Shown in pieces: positions 10,055 through 18,835 of a DNA stretch of 64,000 nt (positions are counted from its first letter, which is position 1; each line of letters opens with the position of its first letter). The stretch lies in the NCBI GenBank assembly GCA_964421085.1, contig CAYQVO010000002.1, positions 91,134 to 155,133 on the forward strand, read 5' to 3'. Made by a program: the position numbers and the translations under genes. The stretch is from an uncultured Bdellovibrionales bacterium. Its GTDB lineage: Bacteria; Bdellovibrionota_C; UBA2361; CAYQVO01. The notes under the pieces are model-generated. The model had not been told where the DNA came from and did not search any database. It saw only the letters and a list, made by a program, of their open reading frames with translations.

Positions 10055-10986
10055 GATTCCTTCAGCTTGAATTCCACCTTCGCGCTCATCTCAGGAATTA
10101 CCCTGCTGTCGAGATCCACGAAACGTATCTTTGTAAGTACCGTCGCTTTTGCCCTGTCGACTGTGGGAACGATCTTGTCGACGACTCCTCTGTATGTATG
10201 ATCGGGAACTGAATCAAGGACGATGGAACATTCCTGGCCGACAAATACTTTGGAAAGATTCGACTCGTTGACGTCAGCTTCCACCTGAAGAGAATGCATG
10301 TCTGCAAGAGTGGCAATCGCGGCGCGCGCGTTCGTCGATGAGCCGAAAGGAGCGACGATTTCTCCAACCTCTGAAAACTTCTTGAGCACGGTGCCGTCGA
10401 AGGGCGCACGGACACAGGTGTATTCCAGCTCTGTCCGCACTCTCGATAATGCAGCCTGCGAAAGGCTGACTTGCGCATTTGCGGCGTCGAGCTGGGCTTC
10501 ATTTTTCAGCACACGCGTTCTTGCCGTGTCCAGGTCCGACTGGGAACTGAAAGAGGACTTTCTGAGCTGTTCGATTCTTTCGCGATGAAGCTTCGCTTCC
10601 TGCAGTTCGGCCTGAACGGAAGAAACATTCGCCATTGCAGCAGCAACTGCAGCCTCGCTCTCTCTTACGGCAGCCTGAAGATCGTCGTTTTCCAGCACGC
10701 CGAGGATCTGTCCTTTTGTGACAAGATCACCCTCTTTGATGTTCAGTTCCTTCAGCCGTCCGGTAGCTTTTGACGAGACAGCCGCAGATCGTTGCGCCAC
10801 AACGTATCCAGTGGCGTTCAGGATGCTGCTTCTGTGAGGCCCGCTGGAAACAGAAACGGTGCCTGCCGGGAGAGGTGCTGCCCCGATTCCAGCCGGATTA
10901 TCCCCGCTGCTCTTCAGCAGGTAAGGGAGCAGTATCGCCGCCGCCGCGATTACCCCAAGTACACCGAGGAACCGTTTCTTCCTCAT
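10051..10986 (-). CDS. HlyD-family periplasmic adaptor (membrane fusion protein)
   Basis: Coiled-coil region (AELQEAKLHRERIEQL...), lipoyl/beta-barrel motifs, and an N-terminal TM helix after MRKKRFLGVLGVIAAAAILL. The likely start is the ATG at 10986; the ORF track extends the frame to 11178. Confidence 0.75.
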   Translation of the reverse strand: MRKKRFLGVLGVIAAAAILLPYLLKSSGDNPAGIGAAPLPAGTVSVSSGPHRSSILNATGYVVAQRSAAVSSKATGRLKELNIKEGDLVTKGQILGVLENDDLQAAVRESEAAVAAAMANVSSVQAELQEAKLHRERIEQLRKSSFSSQSDLDTARTRVLKNEAQLDAANAQVSLSQAALSRVRTELEYTCVRAPFDGTVLKKFSEVGEIVAPFGSSTNARAAIATLADMHSLQVEADVNESNLSKVFVGQECSIVLDSVPDHTYRGVVDKIVPTVDRAKATVLTKIRFVDLDSRVIPEMSAKVEFKLKES

Positions 10987-11370
10987 AAAAGGGACCGCTT
11001 TTTTGTCAGGTATGCTCAACCGCGAAAGATCAGCCGAATTTCTTTCGTTAACCATCGAAACCGGAGGAAGTGAGGCAAAAATTCCCCGACCTGCGTTTCT
11101 CAGGAATTGCAGGCCGGAACCGCGACAGCCATTGTAGTTGAAGCATGCAGGAATCACAACGTACTCCACATCTGACATGGAAGAATACAGGTTTGGCCGC
11201 TTTTGCGAGGGCGCTCCCCTGCGTCAAACCTGCACGGCGCCGCTGCACACAGCTTTTCGCGGGTGACTACTGGATTATTCGCGGAATCGCGCCACCGCCG
11301 GGAAAAAGGGGGGGCATCTGCTTGACACGCCCGACAAGTAGAGATATTCGCAAATTCGAATAAATTCTTA

Positions 11371-12174
11371 ATGAAGGGGAATGCCATGCATAAGAGTGTG
11401 CCTGTGAAGTTGTTTTGTGTGTTCGCCGTGTTTATTCTTTCATGTCTGCCGATTTCTGTTTTTGCCGAGTGCGATCAGACAGATCCCTGCGCTCCCAAAA
11501 AAACAATCGGGGAGTGGGACAAGAGTCTCGCCTTCGGCCTGAATCTTACGTCCGGAAACAGTGAGACAACCCTGGTAAGTCTTATGGGAGCTGCGGGCCT
11601 CGAAAGGGATAAAAACTTGTGGGACCTCAGCGCAAGCTATTACTTTGGCGAGGACAAGACCAACGAGGTTCCCGGGGTGGACACGACAACAAGGAATGAC
11701 TTCCGGGCTGCTTTTGCCTACAAGAGGCTTATTGACGAGCGGTGGTATGGGTCCGGGAGCGTCGGTTTTCTATATGATGAGATTGCCGACGTTGATTACC
11801 GGGTCACCCCGGGGGTCAGCGCAGGAAATTTCCTGCTCAAGGACGCAGACTTCAAACTCTCGCTGGAGGCGGGACCTTCCTACGTATTCGAACGAGTTGG
11901 TGGAGAGGATAAGAATTATTTTGCGCCGCGTATCGCCGACAGATTCGACTGGATCATAAGCTGCACTTCAAAGGTATATCAGCTGGCTGAGATTCTTTTC
12001 GACATAGAAGACTCGAAGAACGTGCTGGTAAATGCCGAAGTCGGAATTGAGGCTGCTATTGCCACGAATCTTGCGCTCGTGCTCTCCGTGAAAGAAACCT
12101 TCGACAACGTGCCCGCGGAGGGACGCAAGAAAGATGACCTCATCGTGACCACTGCGCTGAAGGTCTCGCTGTAA
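11371..12174 (+). CDS. Outer-membrane beta-barrel protein, DUF481-like
   Basis: 267 aa. Signal peptide, then alternating amphipathic segments (LAFGLNLTSGNSETT..., SASYYFGEDKTN..., AAFAYKRLIDERWYGSGSVGFLYDE...) typical of the DUF481/YdiY family. Sits next to the efflux operon. Confidence 0.5.
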   Translation: MKGNAMHKSVPVKLFCVFAVFILSCLPISVFAECDQTDPCAPKKTIGEWDKSLAFGLNLTSGNSETTLVSLMGAAGLERDKNLWDLSASYYFGEDKTNEVPGVDTTTRNDFRAAFAYKRLIDERWYGSGSVGFLYDEIADVDYRVTPGVSAGNFLLKDADFKLSLEAGPSYVFERVGGEDKNYFAPRIADRFDWIISCTSKVYQLAEILFDIEDSKNVLVNAEVGIEAAIATNLALVLSVKETFDNVPAEGRKKDDLIVTTALKVSL

Positions 12175-12175
12175 A

Positions 12176-12230
12176 AAAAATGGGGACGGTTCCTATTTCC
12201 GCAGCGGAAATAGGAACCGTCCCCATTTTC
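12176..12230. terminator. Bidirectional rho-independent terminator between convergent genes
   Basis: Near-perfect 23-bp inverted repeat, aaaaaaaaTGGGGACGGTTCCTATTTCCGC a GCGGAAATAGGAACCGTCCCCAttttc. It has an A-run on one side and a T-run on the other, immediately after the stop at 12172..12174 and before the convergent stop at 12230. Confidence 0.75.
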
Positions 12231-14926
12231 TACCACGTGACTTTCTTTGTCTTCTTCGACACAGCAGGCGATTTTGCCGAACCGTTCTTCGAAGCGCTTA
12301 CAATCACAAGGAGCTTTTTGCCGACATCCTTTGAGCCCACTTTGTACTTGTTTTTCTTTGCATTCTTTATGTTCTTGCAGGTCTTGCCGCACCGCCGCCA
12401 CTGATAAGAAATCGTAAGCTCTTCGACTCCATTCCATGAACCAGCTGACGCAGAAAGAGTGGTACGGGCTCTGGCTTTGCCTTTAATCTTCGGAAGTTTC
12501 GAATTTTTCGGCGCAATGATTGCGCTTGGAGTCCCGCCGGCTTCTTCCGACATGAGGTCGTCATCGACAGTGACATAAATTCTGACTCTGTTTCCAGCAT
12601 CCAACGGTCCCAGGACATAGCTTGTGCCCGTCTGGCCCGAAATGTCGTAGCAACCGGCGCCACTTGCGGAGCACCGCTGCCATTGTCGCGCACTGACTGT
12701 CTGGGTTCCAAAGCCCGACCACGTTCCGGAATCAACCTGTGAAAGCGTCTCACCGTCTTTTGCCGTGCCGGCAGGAGCGGCAGGAGCTGCGGTGTTGATA
12801 AGGGGCGTAACATTCGCAAGGTATGCCAGCGGGGCACTATCAGTTCTTGTGAAAAACCCTCCCGCAAAAACCCGGTCGGAAGATGCATTTACAGTCATAA
12901 TGACCGGTGGAAGAAACAACGGGTTCCACTGGTCAGCAAGTCCGGTAACAGGATCGAGGGCAGCAATGCCATAGCGTACCCCCTGTCCAATAGTCGAGAA
13001 ATGCCCTCCGGCAATTATTTTGCCATTGAAGGCGGCGAGAGTTTGAACGACGGAGTTGGACTGAGGATCCCAGTCTGTCAGAGATCCATCAGATCTGTTG
13101 AACTGTGCCAGGAAGCGCCTCGGCTTTCCACCTATCGCTGGAAACGCACCCCCCGTGTAAATATAGTCGCCGTCGATCAAAATGGCCGTTACGGAGCTGA
13201 CGGGTGATGGGTTCCAGCTTTTAACAGCACCTGCTGAATCAAAAGCCGCAGCGTATGTCCGGATTACAGGTCCTGGAAACAAGGTGAAATCTCCACCTGC
13301 GTATACAGTCCCGTCGGTGTCGATTGCCAGCGATAAGCATGCGCTGTTCGCATTCGGATTCCAGCCCGTAAGTGTTCCAGTGGAAGTGTCAATGGCAGCG
13401 AGGTTATTACGGACATTACCCAGAACACTGTTGAATGCTCCGCAGACATAAAGAGTGTTCCCTGAGGATTTAAGCGCCCACGTTTCTCCGATGACATTCC
13501 CGTCGAACGCCTGAACTGTTCCTGCGCTGTCTATTGCTGCAAGAGATGAGCGCAGCTGTCCTCCTATGCTTTCGAAATTTCCACCTATGTATATCATGTC
13601 GCCAATGGGAAGAATCGCTAAAATTGTCCCGGTGACAGGAACGTCAAGAGAAGTAGCAGCGCCTGTTGTCAGATCGAAAGCGGCAAAAGCCTTTCTGCTG
13701 ACCATCCCGGTTGAAAAGACGTCTCCGCCAAATGCTATTGAAGTTCCGTTGGATGCAATTGCTGACACGCCGCCTCCAAGCGATGGATTAAATGCCGTAA
13801 GGCTTGCTGAAGGGATATCGTACGCAGCAATACCTCTCTGGCTTGCCCCGCCTGTAACTGAGAGGAAATCGCCCCCGAGAAAAAGAGTGCTCCCAGATAC
13901 AGCGATAGCGTTGACAGATGCATTTGCGCCGGGATTCCAGGGCGAGAGCACCCCGGCGCTGGAAATAACAGCGGCCTTACCTCTGGCAACGGCGCCTATG
14001 TGAGTGAAATTACCACCCACAACTATCATAGCGCCTAAAATTGATGCGAGAGAATAAACGGGTCCGTTAGGATCGGGATTCCATGCGTTTATAACTCCTG
14101 TGGTTGCGTGTACCCGGCCGAGATAGTCACGGGAAGCCCCTGCCAGAGAATTAAGCCCGTTAAATCCGCCGCCCACGATCAGAGCAGTATCAGAGAGCAG
14201 CGACAGGGCGTTAACGCTTCCGGTGGCTCCCGGATTCCAATCTCGCAGAGTACCAGCGGGAATATTAACCGCTGCGAGCCTGTTCCTTAACTGACCACCA
14301 AATGAGTTTGCGCCGTTGAAATCTCCGCCCACATAAAGAACGGAATTCGTACTGTTAATAACAAGAGCCCTGACGGAGTCATTTAAATCCGGGTTCCAGT
14401 CTGTGGCTGCACCAGTGGTTGCGTCAATTGCAGCAAGGTAACTTCGGATCTTTCCCCCGATAAATGTGAAGTCGCCTCCCACATAAAGAACATTTCCGCT
14501 GCGGGCCATTGTGAGGACAGCATTATCCGCATCCGGAGCGAAATCAGGGTCGACGGTTTTGTCCGCACGGATATGCGCAATATTTTTTCTGACGAAAGTG
14601 CCCACTTGAGTAATATCCCCCCCGATGTACCAGCCGCCGCTTCCATCGGGCAAAATCGTCCTGATTTCTCCTGTCACACGAGCCCATCCGGATTGAGCGA
14701 CACCCGTGGCAGGATCTGAAACAGCAAATGCCCCGGTGGCAGGCCCGACATTATCGAAAAATCCTCCCGCATAAAGGGTGTTGCCGGACTGGGCAGTCGC
14801 AAAGACAGGCCCGTCAGTCACCCACAGTTCCTGAGCAAGTCCTTCTCCTGTCAGAAGCAATGAGCAGAGGAAGAGGACATGATGCAACAATGCGGCAAAC
14901 GAAAAACACGCAGGTTTCGATTTCAT
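12230..14926 (-). CDS. Secreted multi-bladed beta-propeller repeat protein with C-terminal Ig-like repeats and a Lys-rich tail
   Basis: 898 aa. Signal peptide MKSKPACFSFAALLHHVLFLCSLLLTGEGLA. At least 12 repeats of about 50 aa with the motif LYVGGDFxxIGGxxRxxLAAIDxxTGxxxxWNP, as in delta-60/DUF5122-type propellers. Two C-terminal modules contain (R/Y)QWQRC...GxxC motifs. The last 50 residues are Lys-rich (KNIKNAKKNKYKVGSKDVGKK...KKTKKVTW). Confidence 0.7.
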   Translation of the reverse strand: MKSKPACFSFAALLHHVLFLCSLLLTGEGLAQELWVTDGPVFATAQSGNTLYAGGFFDNVGPATGAFAVSDPATGVAQSGWARVTGEIRTILPDGSGGWYIGGDITQVGTFVRKNIAHIRADKTVDPDFAPDADNAVLTMARSGNVLYVGGDFTFIGGKIRSYLAAIDATTGAATDWNPDLNDSVRALVINSTNSVLYVGGDFNGANSFGGQLRNRLAAVNIPAGTLRDWNPGATGSVNALSLLSDTALIVGGGFNGLNSLAGASRDYLGRVHATTGVINAWNPDPNGPVYSLASILGAMIVVGGNFTHIGAVARGKAAVISSAGVLSPWNPGANASVNAIAVSGSTLFLGGDFLSVTGGASQRGIAAYDIPSASLTAFNPSLGGGVSAIASNGTSIAFGGDVFSTGMVSRKAFAAFDLTTGAATSLDVPVTGTILAILPIGDMIYIGGNFESIGGQLRSSLAAIDSAGTVQAFDGNVIGETWALKSSGNTLYVCGAFNSVLGNVRNNLAAIDTSTGTLTGWNPNANSACLSLAIDTDGTVYAGGDFTLFPGPVIRTYAAAFDSAGAVKSWNPSPVSSVTAILIDGDYIYTGGAFPAIGGKPRRFLAQFNRSDGSLTDWDPQSNSVVQTLAAFNGKIIAGGHFSTIGQGVRYGIAALDPVTGLADQWNPLFLPPVIMTVNASSDRVFAGGFFTRTDSAPLAYLANVTPLINTAAPAAPAGTAKDGETLSQVDSGTWSGFGTQTVSARQWQRCSASGAGCYDISGQTGTSYVLGPLDAGNRVRIYVTVDDDLMSEEAGGTPSAIIAPKNSKLPKIKGKARARTTLSASAGSWNGVEELTISYQWRRCGKTCKNIKNAKKNKYKVGSKDVGKKLLVIVSASKNGSAKSPAVSKKTKKVTW

Positions 14927-15131
14927 AGTCGGCCTCGATTGAATGATAGTCAGGGAGATAGCGTGACAATGTCATATTCTGATGAAGAGTCAATCCGAAA
15001 GAATGCGGAAAGATCAGCGGGTTTGGAGCGGTCCTTAAAAAACTGCCGGGAACCGGGGGGACTGCTTCCAGCAGCGACCCGACCTCAACATAAGATAAGG
15101 CGTTGAAGATACTTCTTTTAATCTGCGGGCT

Positions 15132-15775
15132 TGATGTTCCATGAAACCGCGCACATCAAGGTCGCCTTCGATACGGCTCTCAACTTCATCTATTTTTTCC
15201 CCGCATCGCTGCCTGACAGATCATTGATGTCGTAAGACATGCAGCAAGTGAATGGAGAAGATGCTCGACAGGATTGGGAGATTTGTCTTCCCCAGGAAGC
15301 ACCGGAGGCTCATCCGCTCCGAGCCTGAAAGGTGGTTCATGCTTCATTTCTCCGCCGACGCCGGAGAAATTCGTCATTGTTGTTTCAGTTTTTCTGCCTC
15401 AGCAAAAGGAGAGCAAAATCGAGGAAGGCCATTTGATGTCTGACCACGTACACATGCTGATTTCCATACCGCCGAAATACTCCGTGGTCCATGTAACAGG
15501 GTTCATCAAGGGAAAGAGTGCGAAACATATTGCACGAGTATACGGCAGCTGGATTCGGAATTTTACGGGTGAGCACTTTTGGGCGCGTGGCTACATGGTG
15601 TCAACTGTCGGAAAAGATGAGGCGGCGGTACGGCAGTACATCAAAAATCAGGAACAGGAAGACCGTCGCCTTGATCAGTTGAAATTGCTGTGAGGAGTGC
15701 CGCCTTCAGGTGGCTCATATAATTATCCGCTTTGAGCGGTTCATGTTGTTAAAGCCTGCGGCTTTGCCGCAGGAT
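15132..15775 (+). mobile_element. Degraded IS200/IS605-family element (approximate boundaries)
   Basis: Contains a frameshifted tnpA. An 8-bp-stem hairpin lies upstream (cttgatgt...acatcaag, about 15132..15163) and a 7-bp-stem hairpin downstream (cctgcgg cttt gccgcagg, about 15750..15772), consistent with IS200 subterminal structures. No tnpB. End coordinates are a guess. Confidence 0.45.
15252..15693 (+). pseudogene. tnpA: IS200-type Y1 (HuH) transposase TnpA, frameshifted
   Basis: The C-terminal part (frame of ORF 15274..15693) reads DHVHMLISIPPKYSVVHVTGFIKGKSAKHIARVYGSWIRNFTGEHFWARGYMVSTVGKDEAAVRQYIKNQEQEDRRLDQL. It contains the HuH motif and the catalytic-Tyr region and closely matches Salmonella IS200 TnpA. 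The N-terminal part (...RFVFPRKHRRLIRSEPERW, matching KYHIVFAPKYRRQAF) is in a different frame (ORF 15252..15443). There is therefore at least one frameshift near 15330..15400. Confidence 0.7.
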
Positions 15776-15963
15776 AGTTACTGTGGAATAGTTTCGTATT
15801 TATTCCCCCCAGGCTATCGTATCTGAAGCTCGAGGAGAACTGTTGCCGCGTCCAATGAGTTTTGCCGCCGTAATAGTCGCAGCACTATCCCCCGAATTGT
15901 CCCCGAAGTCCTGGCGAAGGGGGAAGCCCTGTGCCGGGGGGGATCTGAAAGGCCGCCGTGCCC

Positions 15964-15991
15964 GCTTTATGTGAAAAAACTTTCTGAAAGC
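15964..15991 (+). repeat. Intergenic repeat family, copy A (GCTTTATGTGAAAAAACTTTCTGAAAGC)
   Basis: This 28-mer matches 23165..23192 at 26 of 28 positions. Both copies overlap the start of a gene or mini-ORF beginning MKKLS and both follow a G-run. The sequence contains the internal palindromes gcttt...aaagc and ctttc-t-gaaag. Confidence 0.6.
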
Positions 15992-16525
15992 TATACCATG
16001 TCCGAATCCCGCCGGCACCAGATCTTTCAAACTGTACTCGCGCAGTTTCGCCCGGCTGCAGCGTTCGCTGTCCTGCCGCCCTATCTTACGTACGGACGGA
16101 TCCTGGAGTGCCTCGCGCTTGGAGTCCTGTTGTATATAGAAGTGCTTCCTTCCATAATCGGCATCCTGTTTTTCCTTGCGGCTTTTCTTCTCATGTACCG
16201 CGTTCGGATAACAGCTCTTCTCATCGGGATGTTCTGGACGATCTTCTGGCCGCTCGTCATGCTGTTCGCGGTCTTTTTCCCCCTGTTCAACATGGTAAAG
16301 AACAAATCAATCGCTATGTACATTGCGGCTTTGATGTGCTGCGGATACCTCGCGGTCGCACTGTTCAGGACCCGGGTCATTCCTCATGTGGAAACGGGGG
16401 AATGGGAGGAAAAGAAGGAGAAACTCGTTGTGAAGAGAGATGGGAATGTTATCCAGTTTCCGTCGGGGAACCGCCCCGCTCCTGATAAGAAGGACACAGG
16501 TCCTGACGGGCGGTGGCTGCATTGA
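15971..16525 (+). CDS. Integral membrane protein, hypothetical
   Basis: 184 aa with a GTG start (VKKLSESYTMSE...). Four predicted TM helices and a charged C-terminal tail. Confidence 0.45.
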   Translation: MKKLSESYTMSESRRHQIFQTVLAQFRPAAAFAVLPPYLTYGRILECLALGVLLYIEVLPSIIGILFFLAAFLLMYRVRITALLIGMFWTIFWPLVMLFAVFFPLFNMVKNKSIAMYIAALMCCGYLAVALFRTRVIPHVETGEWEEKKEKLVVKRDGNVIQFPSGNRPAPDKKDTGPDGRWLH

Positions 16526-16555
16526 ACATCGCTGCCCGGCGCTTTCCGCCACGCG

Positions 16556-17674
16556 CTACCAACTCATGCCCGTGTCTTGTGGGAAGACGAGCTTCTCGAA
16601 CCTTCCCTGTCTGATGGCTTTCACGGCCACGGGCAGGGTAAATCTATTGTCCCCTGTCGCTGAGTATGTGCCGCATGCCCCGGGGTAATTTTCCAGGGTC
16701 CTTAAGTGCCGGGCAATCTTTTCGTTGTCATGTCCTTCCTTCATGAGCGCCTGAGCGAGGAGGTTCACGGAATCGAATGCGTTTGCCGTGGCAAGCCCAG
16801 GATGACCGCCGAACTTCTCCCTGTACCGATCGACGAACCAGCCGCCTGGATCGTCCGTGTTTACGTACCAGCTTCCCTCCAACGCACCCCTGGCCGCTTT
16901 CACCTCCTCGTCATTTTCGAACGCTTCCACTCCGAACGCCTCGGCGCGCAGCCCAAGTTCCCTCGCCTGTCGTGCAAAGACCCCCGACCCTCCCGGCATC
17001 ATCATCACACAAACGCCATCAACGCCGTTCGCTTTCGCCCTGGAGATGAAGCTTCGATAATCGGTCGTATCCGGGGCGAATGATTCCTTCAGCACGAGCC
17101 TGTCTTCCATCTGCCCTGCGCGGAGAGCTTCGATGAATGCCGACTCAATGGCCTCTATCCCTTCCTGGACGTGGCTGACCAGCGCTATCTTCCCATAATT
17201 CCGCCTGGCGATCTCGTTGACCATTTTTCGTGCCTGCGATTCCAGCGGCATCCAGTGATTGAATACGTACTGCCGTCCGGCGCACACTTTTTTGCTGGAG
17301 GCGGCCAGGGCAATCACGATGATTCCTCTCTCGTCAGCGGCCGGACCAAGTGCCATTCCTGCCCCGGATCCGAAGACGATTGCGGCGTCAATTTTGTCGT
17401 CCGCAAGAAGCTTCTGGAAAGCGGAAACCGACCTCGCAGGCAACATCTGATCATCTTCGTAGACTGGTTTGATTCGTTCCCTGGCGGCGGGAGGCAGAAG
17501 TTCGAAAGCAAGCTCAATTGCACGCTGCATTGCCGCACCTGCATTTGCAGAGTTTCCCGTCAAAGGAAGAATGACTCCCACCTTGTACTGCTCCTGCAGA
17601 CCAGGTCCTTGTTCCGCAGGGGCCGTAGAGAGTGTCAAGATGCCCGCCGCTGCTGCCAGTAAAAATATTTTCAT
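16556..17674 (-). CDS. Periplasmic solute-binding protein, PBP type I (Leu/Ile/Val LivK-like); no transporter partner
   Basis: Signal peptide MKIFLLAAAAGILTLSTAPA. LivK-family hallmarks (KVGVILPLTGNSANAGAAMQRAIELA..., PGGSGVFARQARELGL...). No permease or ATPase genes adjacent. Confidence 0.8.
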   Translation of the reverse strand: MKIFLLAAAAGILTLSTAPAEQGPGLQEQYKVGVILPLTGNSANAGAAMQRAIELAFELLPPAARERIKPVYEDDQMLPARSVSAFQKLLADDKIDAAIVFGSGAGMALGPAADERGIIVIALAASSKKVCAGRQYVFNHWMPLESQARKMVNEIARRNYGKIALVSHVQEGIEAIESAFIEALRAGQMEDRLVLKESFAPDTTDYRSFISRAKANGVDGVCVMMMPGGSGVFARQARELGLRAEAFGVEAFENDEEVKAARGALEGSWYVNTDDPGGWFVDRYREKFGGHPGLATANAFDSVNLLAQALMKEGHDNEKIARHLRTLENYPGACGTYSATGDNRFTLPVAVKAIRQGRFEKLVFPQDTGMSW

Positions 17675-17785
17675 CGCCTGCGCTCCCGAATGCAATCGTC
17701 ATTGAACTGAACTCAATTATAAAGATTTAGGCAGGCTAAGAAATTTCTCTAACATTGTTCACTTTTATCGTGTTATACTAATTAA

Positions 17786-18769
17786 ATGTTAGATGCGCGT
17801 GTTCAAAAGCTGGATAAGAAAAACCTGTACCTCCTTTCTCTGCTCGATTCAAACTGCCGGATGCCCCTTTCGGAAATGGGCGCAAAGCTTCGCATGACCA
17901 AAGAAAGCATTCACTACCGCATAGGCGAACTGGAAAAGTCGGGGATCATCGATCGCTACTACGTCATCATCGACACCGCAAAACTGGGCTACTATTCGTT
18001 CAAACTCTACCTTCAGCTGCAGCGGGTCCGAGGACCGAGCATCGCATCATTTGCCGGGTTCCTGGCGGATGACCCAGCGGTGTACTGGCTTGCGCATACG
18101 ATAGGCAAATTTGACATTATCGTCGGACTTTGGGTGCAGAACCAGATGGAGTTCGACTCGTTTCTAGTGCGGTTGATGAAGAAGCACGGGGCGAAGATTG
18201 CTGCAAAGCAGTTTACGATCACAAAGTATGGGTTTCAAACGAGCAGAAAGTGGCTCTTCGACAATCAAAACCCGAGCCTGTCAATAATCGGAGGACCTGC
18301 CTTCCAGCATTCCATCGACGCCCTGGACTGGAAAATTCTTTCCCTGCTCTCGACGAACGGAAGGCTCTCCTATTCGAAAATTGCGCAGGAGTGCGGCTCG
18401 ACTGCCGCAACGGTAATTTCCCGGGTAAGGAAACTGGAGAAGTCAGGCGTCATCACGGCGCACCGCATTCACCTGAATCTGGAGAAGCTCGGCATGGAAT
18501 TCTACAAACTCTTCGTCGTGCTGTCCGACAAGACCGAGACTCTCGAAAAGAAAATGATCGAGTACTGCAGCAGGCACCGCAACGTGCTGAATGTTTTGAC
18601 GTGCGTGGGTCCCTGGGACATGGAAATCGAGATAGAGGCGAAGTCTCTCGCCGAACTGAACGAAGTCACACTCGAACTACGGGGTAAATGGCCGAAGAAC
18701 GTGCACTCGGTGGAGTTGGTGTCCATTGTGTCCGAGAAGACGCCGGTATTTTTGCCGAAGGCGAAATAG
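17786..18769 (+). CDS. Lrp/AsnC-family transcriptional regulator with two tandem HTH-RAM modules
   Basis: 327 aa. Two AsnC-type HTH segments (LDKKNLYLLSLLDSNCRMPLSEMGAKLRMTKESIHYRIGELEKSGII and LDWKILSLLSTNGRLSYSKIAQECGSTAATVISRVRKLEKSGVI), each followed by a RAM-like domain. Confidence 0.8.
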   Translation: MLDARVQKLDKKNLYLLSLLDSNCRMPLSEMGAKLRMTKESIHYRIGELEKSGIIDRYYVIIDTAKLGYYSFKLYLQLQRVRGPSIASFAGFLADDPAVYWLAHTIGKFDIIVGLWVQNQMEFDSFLVRLMKKHGAKIAAKQFTITKYGFQTSRKWLFDNQNPSLSIIGGPAFQHSIDALDWKILSLLSTNGRLSYSKIAQECGSTAATVISRVRKLEKSGVITAHRIHLNLEKLGMEFYKLFVVLSDKTETLEKKMIEYCSRHRNVLNVLTCVGPWDMEIEIEAKSLAELNEVTLELRGKWPKNVHSVELVSIVSEKTPVFLPKAK

Positions 18770-18835
18770 AACCGGACGGGCATTGGCTGCATTGAACCGC
18801 GCGCATGAATTTGAAACCGGCGATAAGAGATAGTA

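Noticed and set aside
12367-14646. ORFs inside or antisense to the beta-propeller gene (12367..12888 -, 13566..14003 +, 14383..14646 -)
   Set aside because: They are embedded within a well-supported 898-aa repeat protein. Their translations are Pro/Arg/Ala-rich with no motifs. They are spurious frames.
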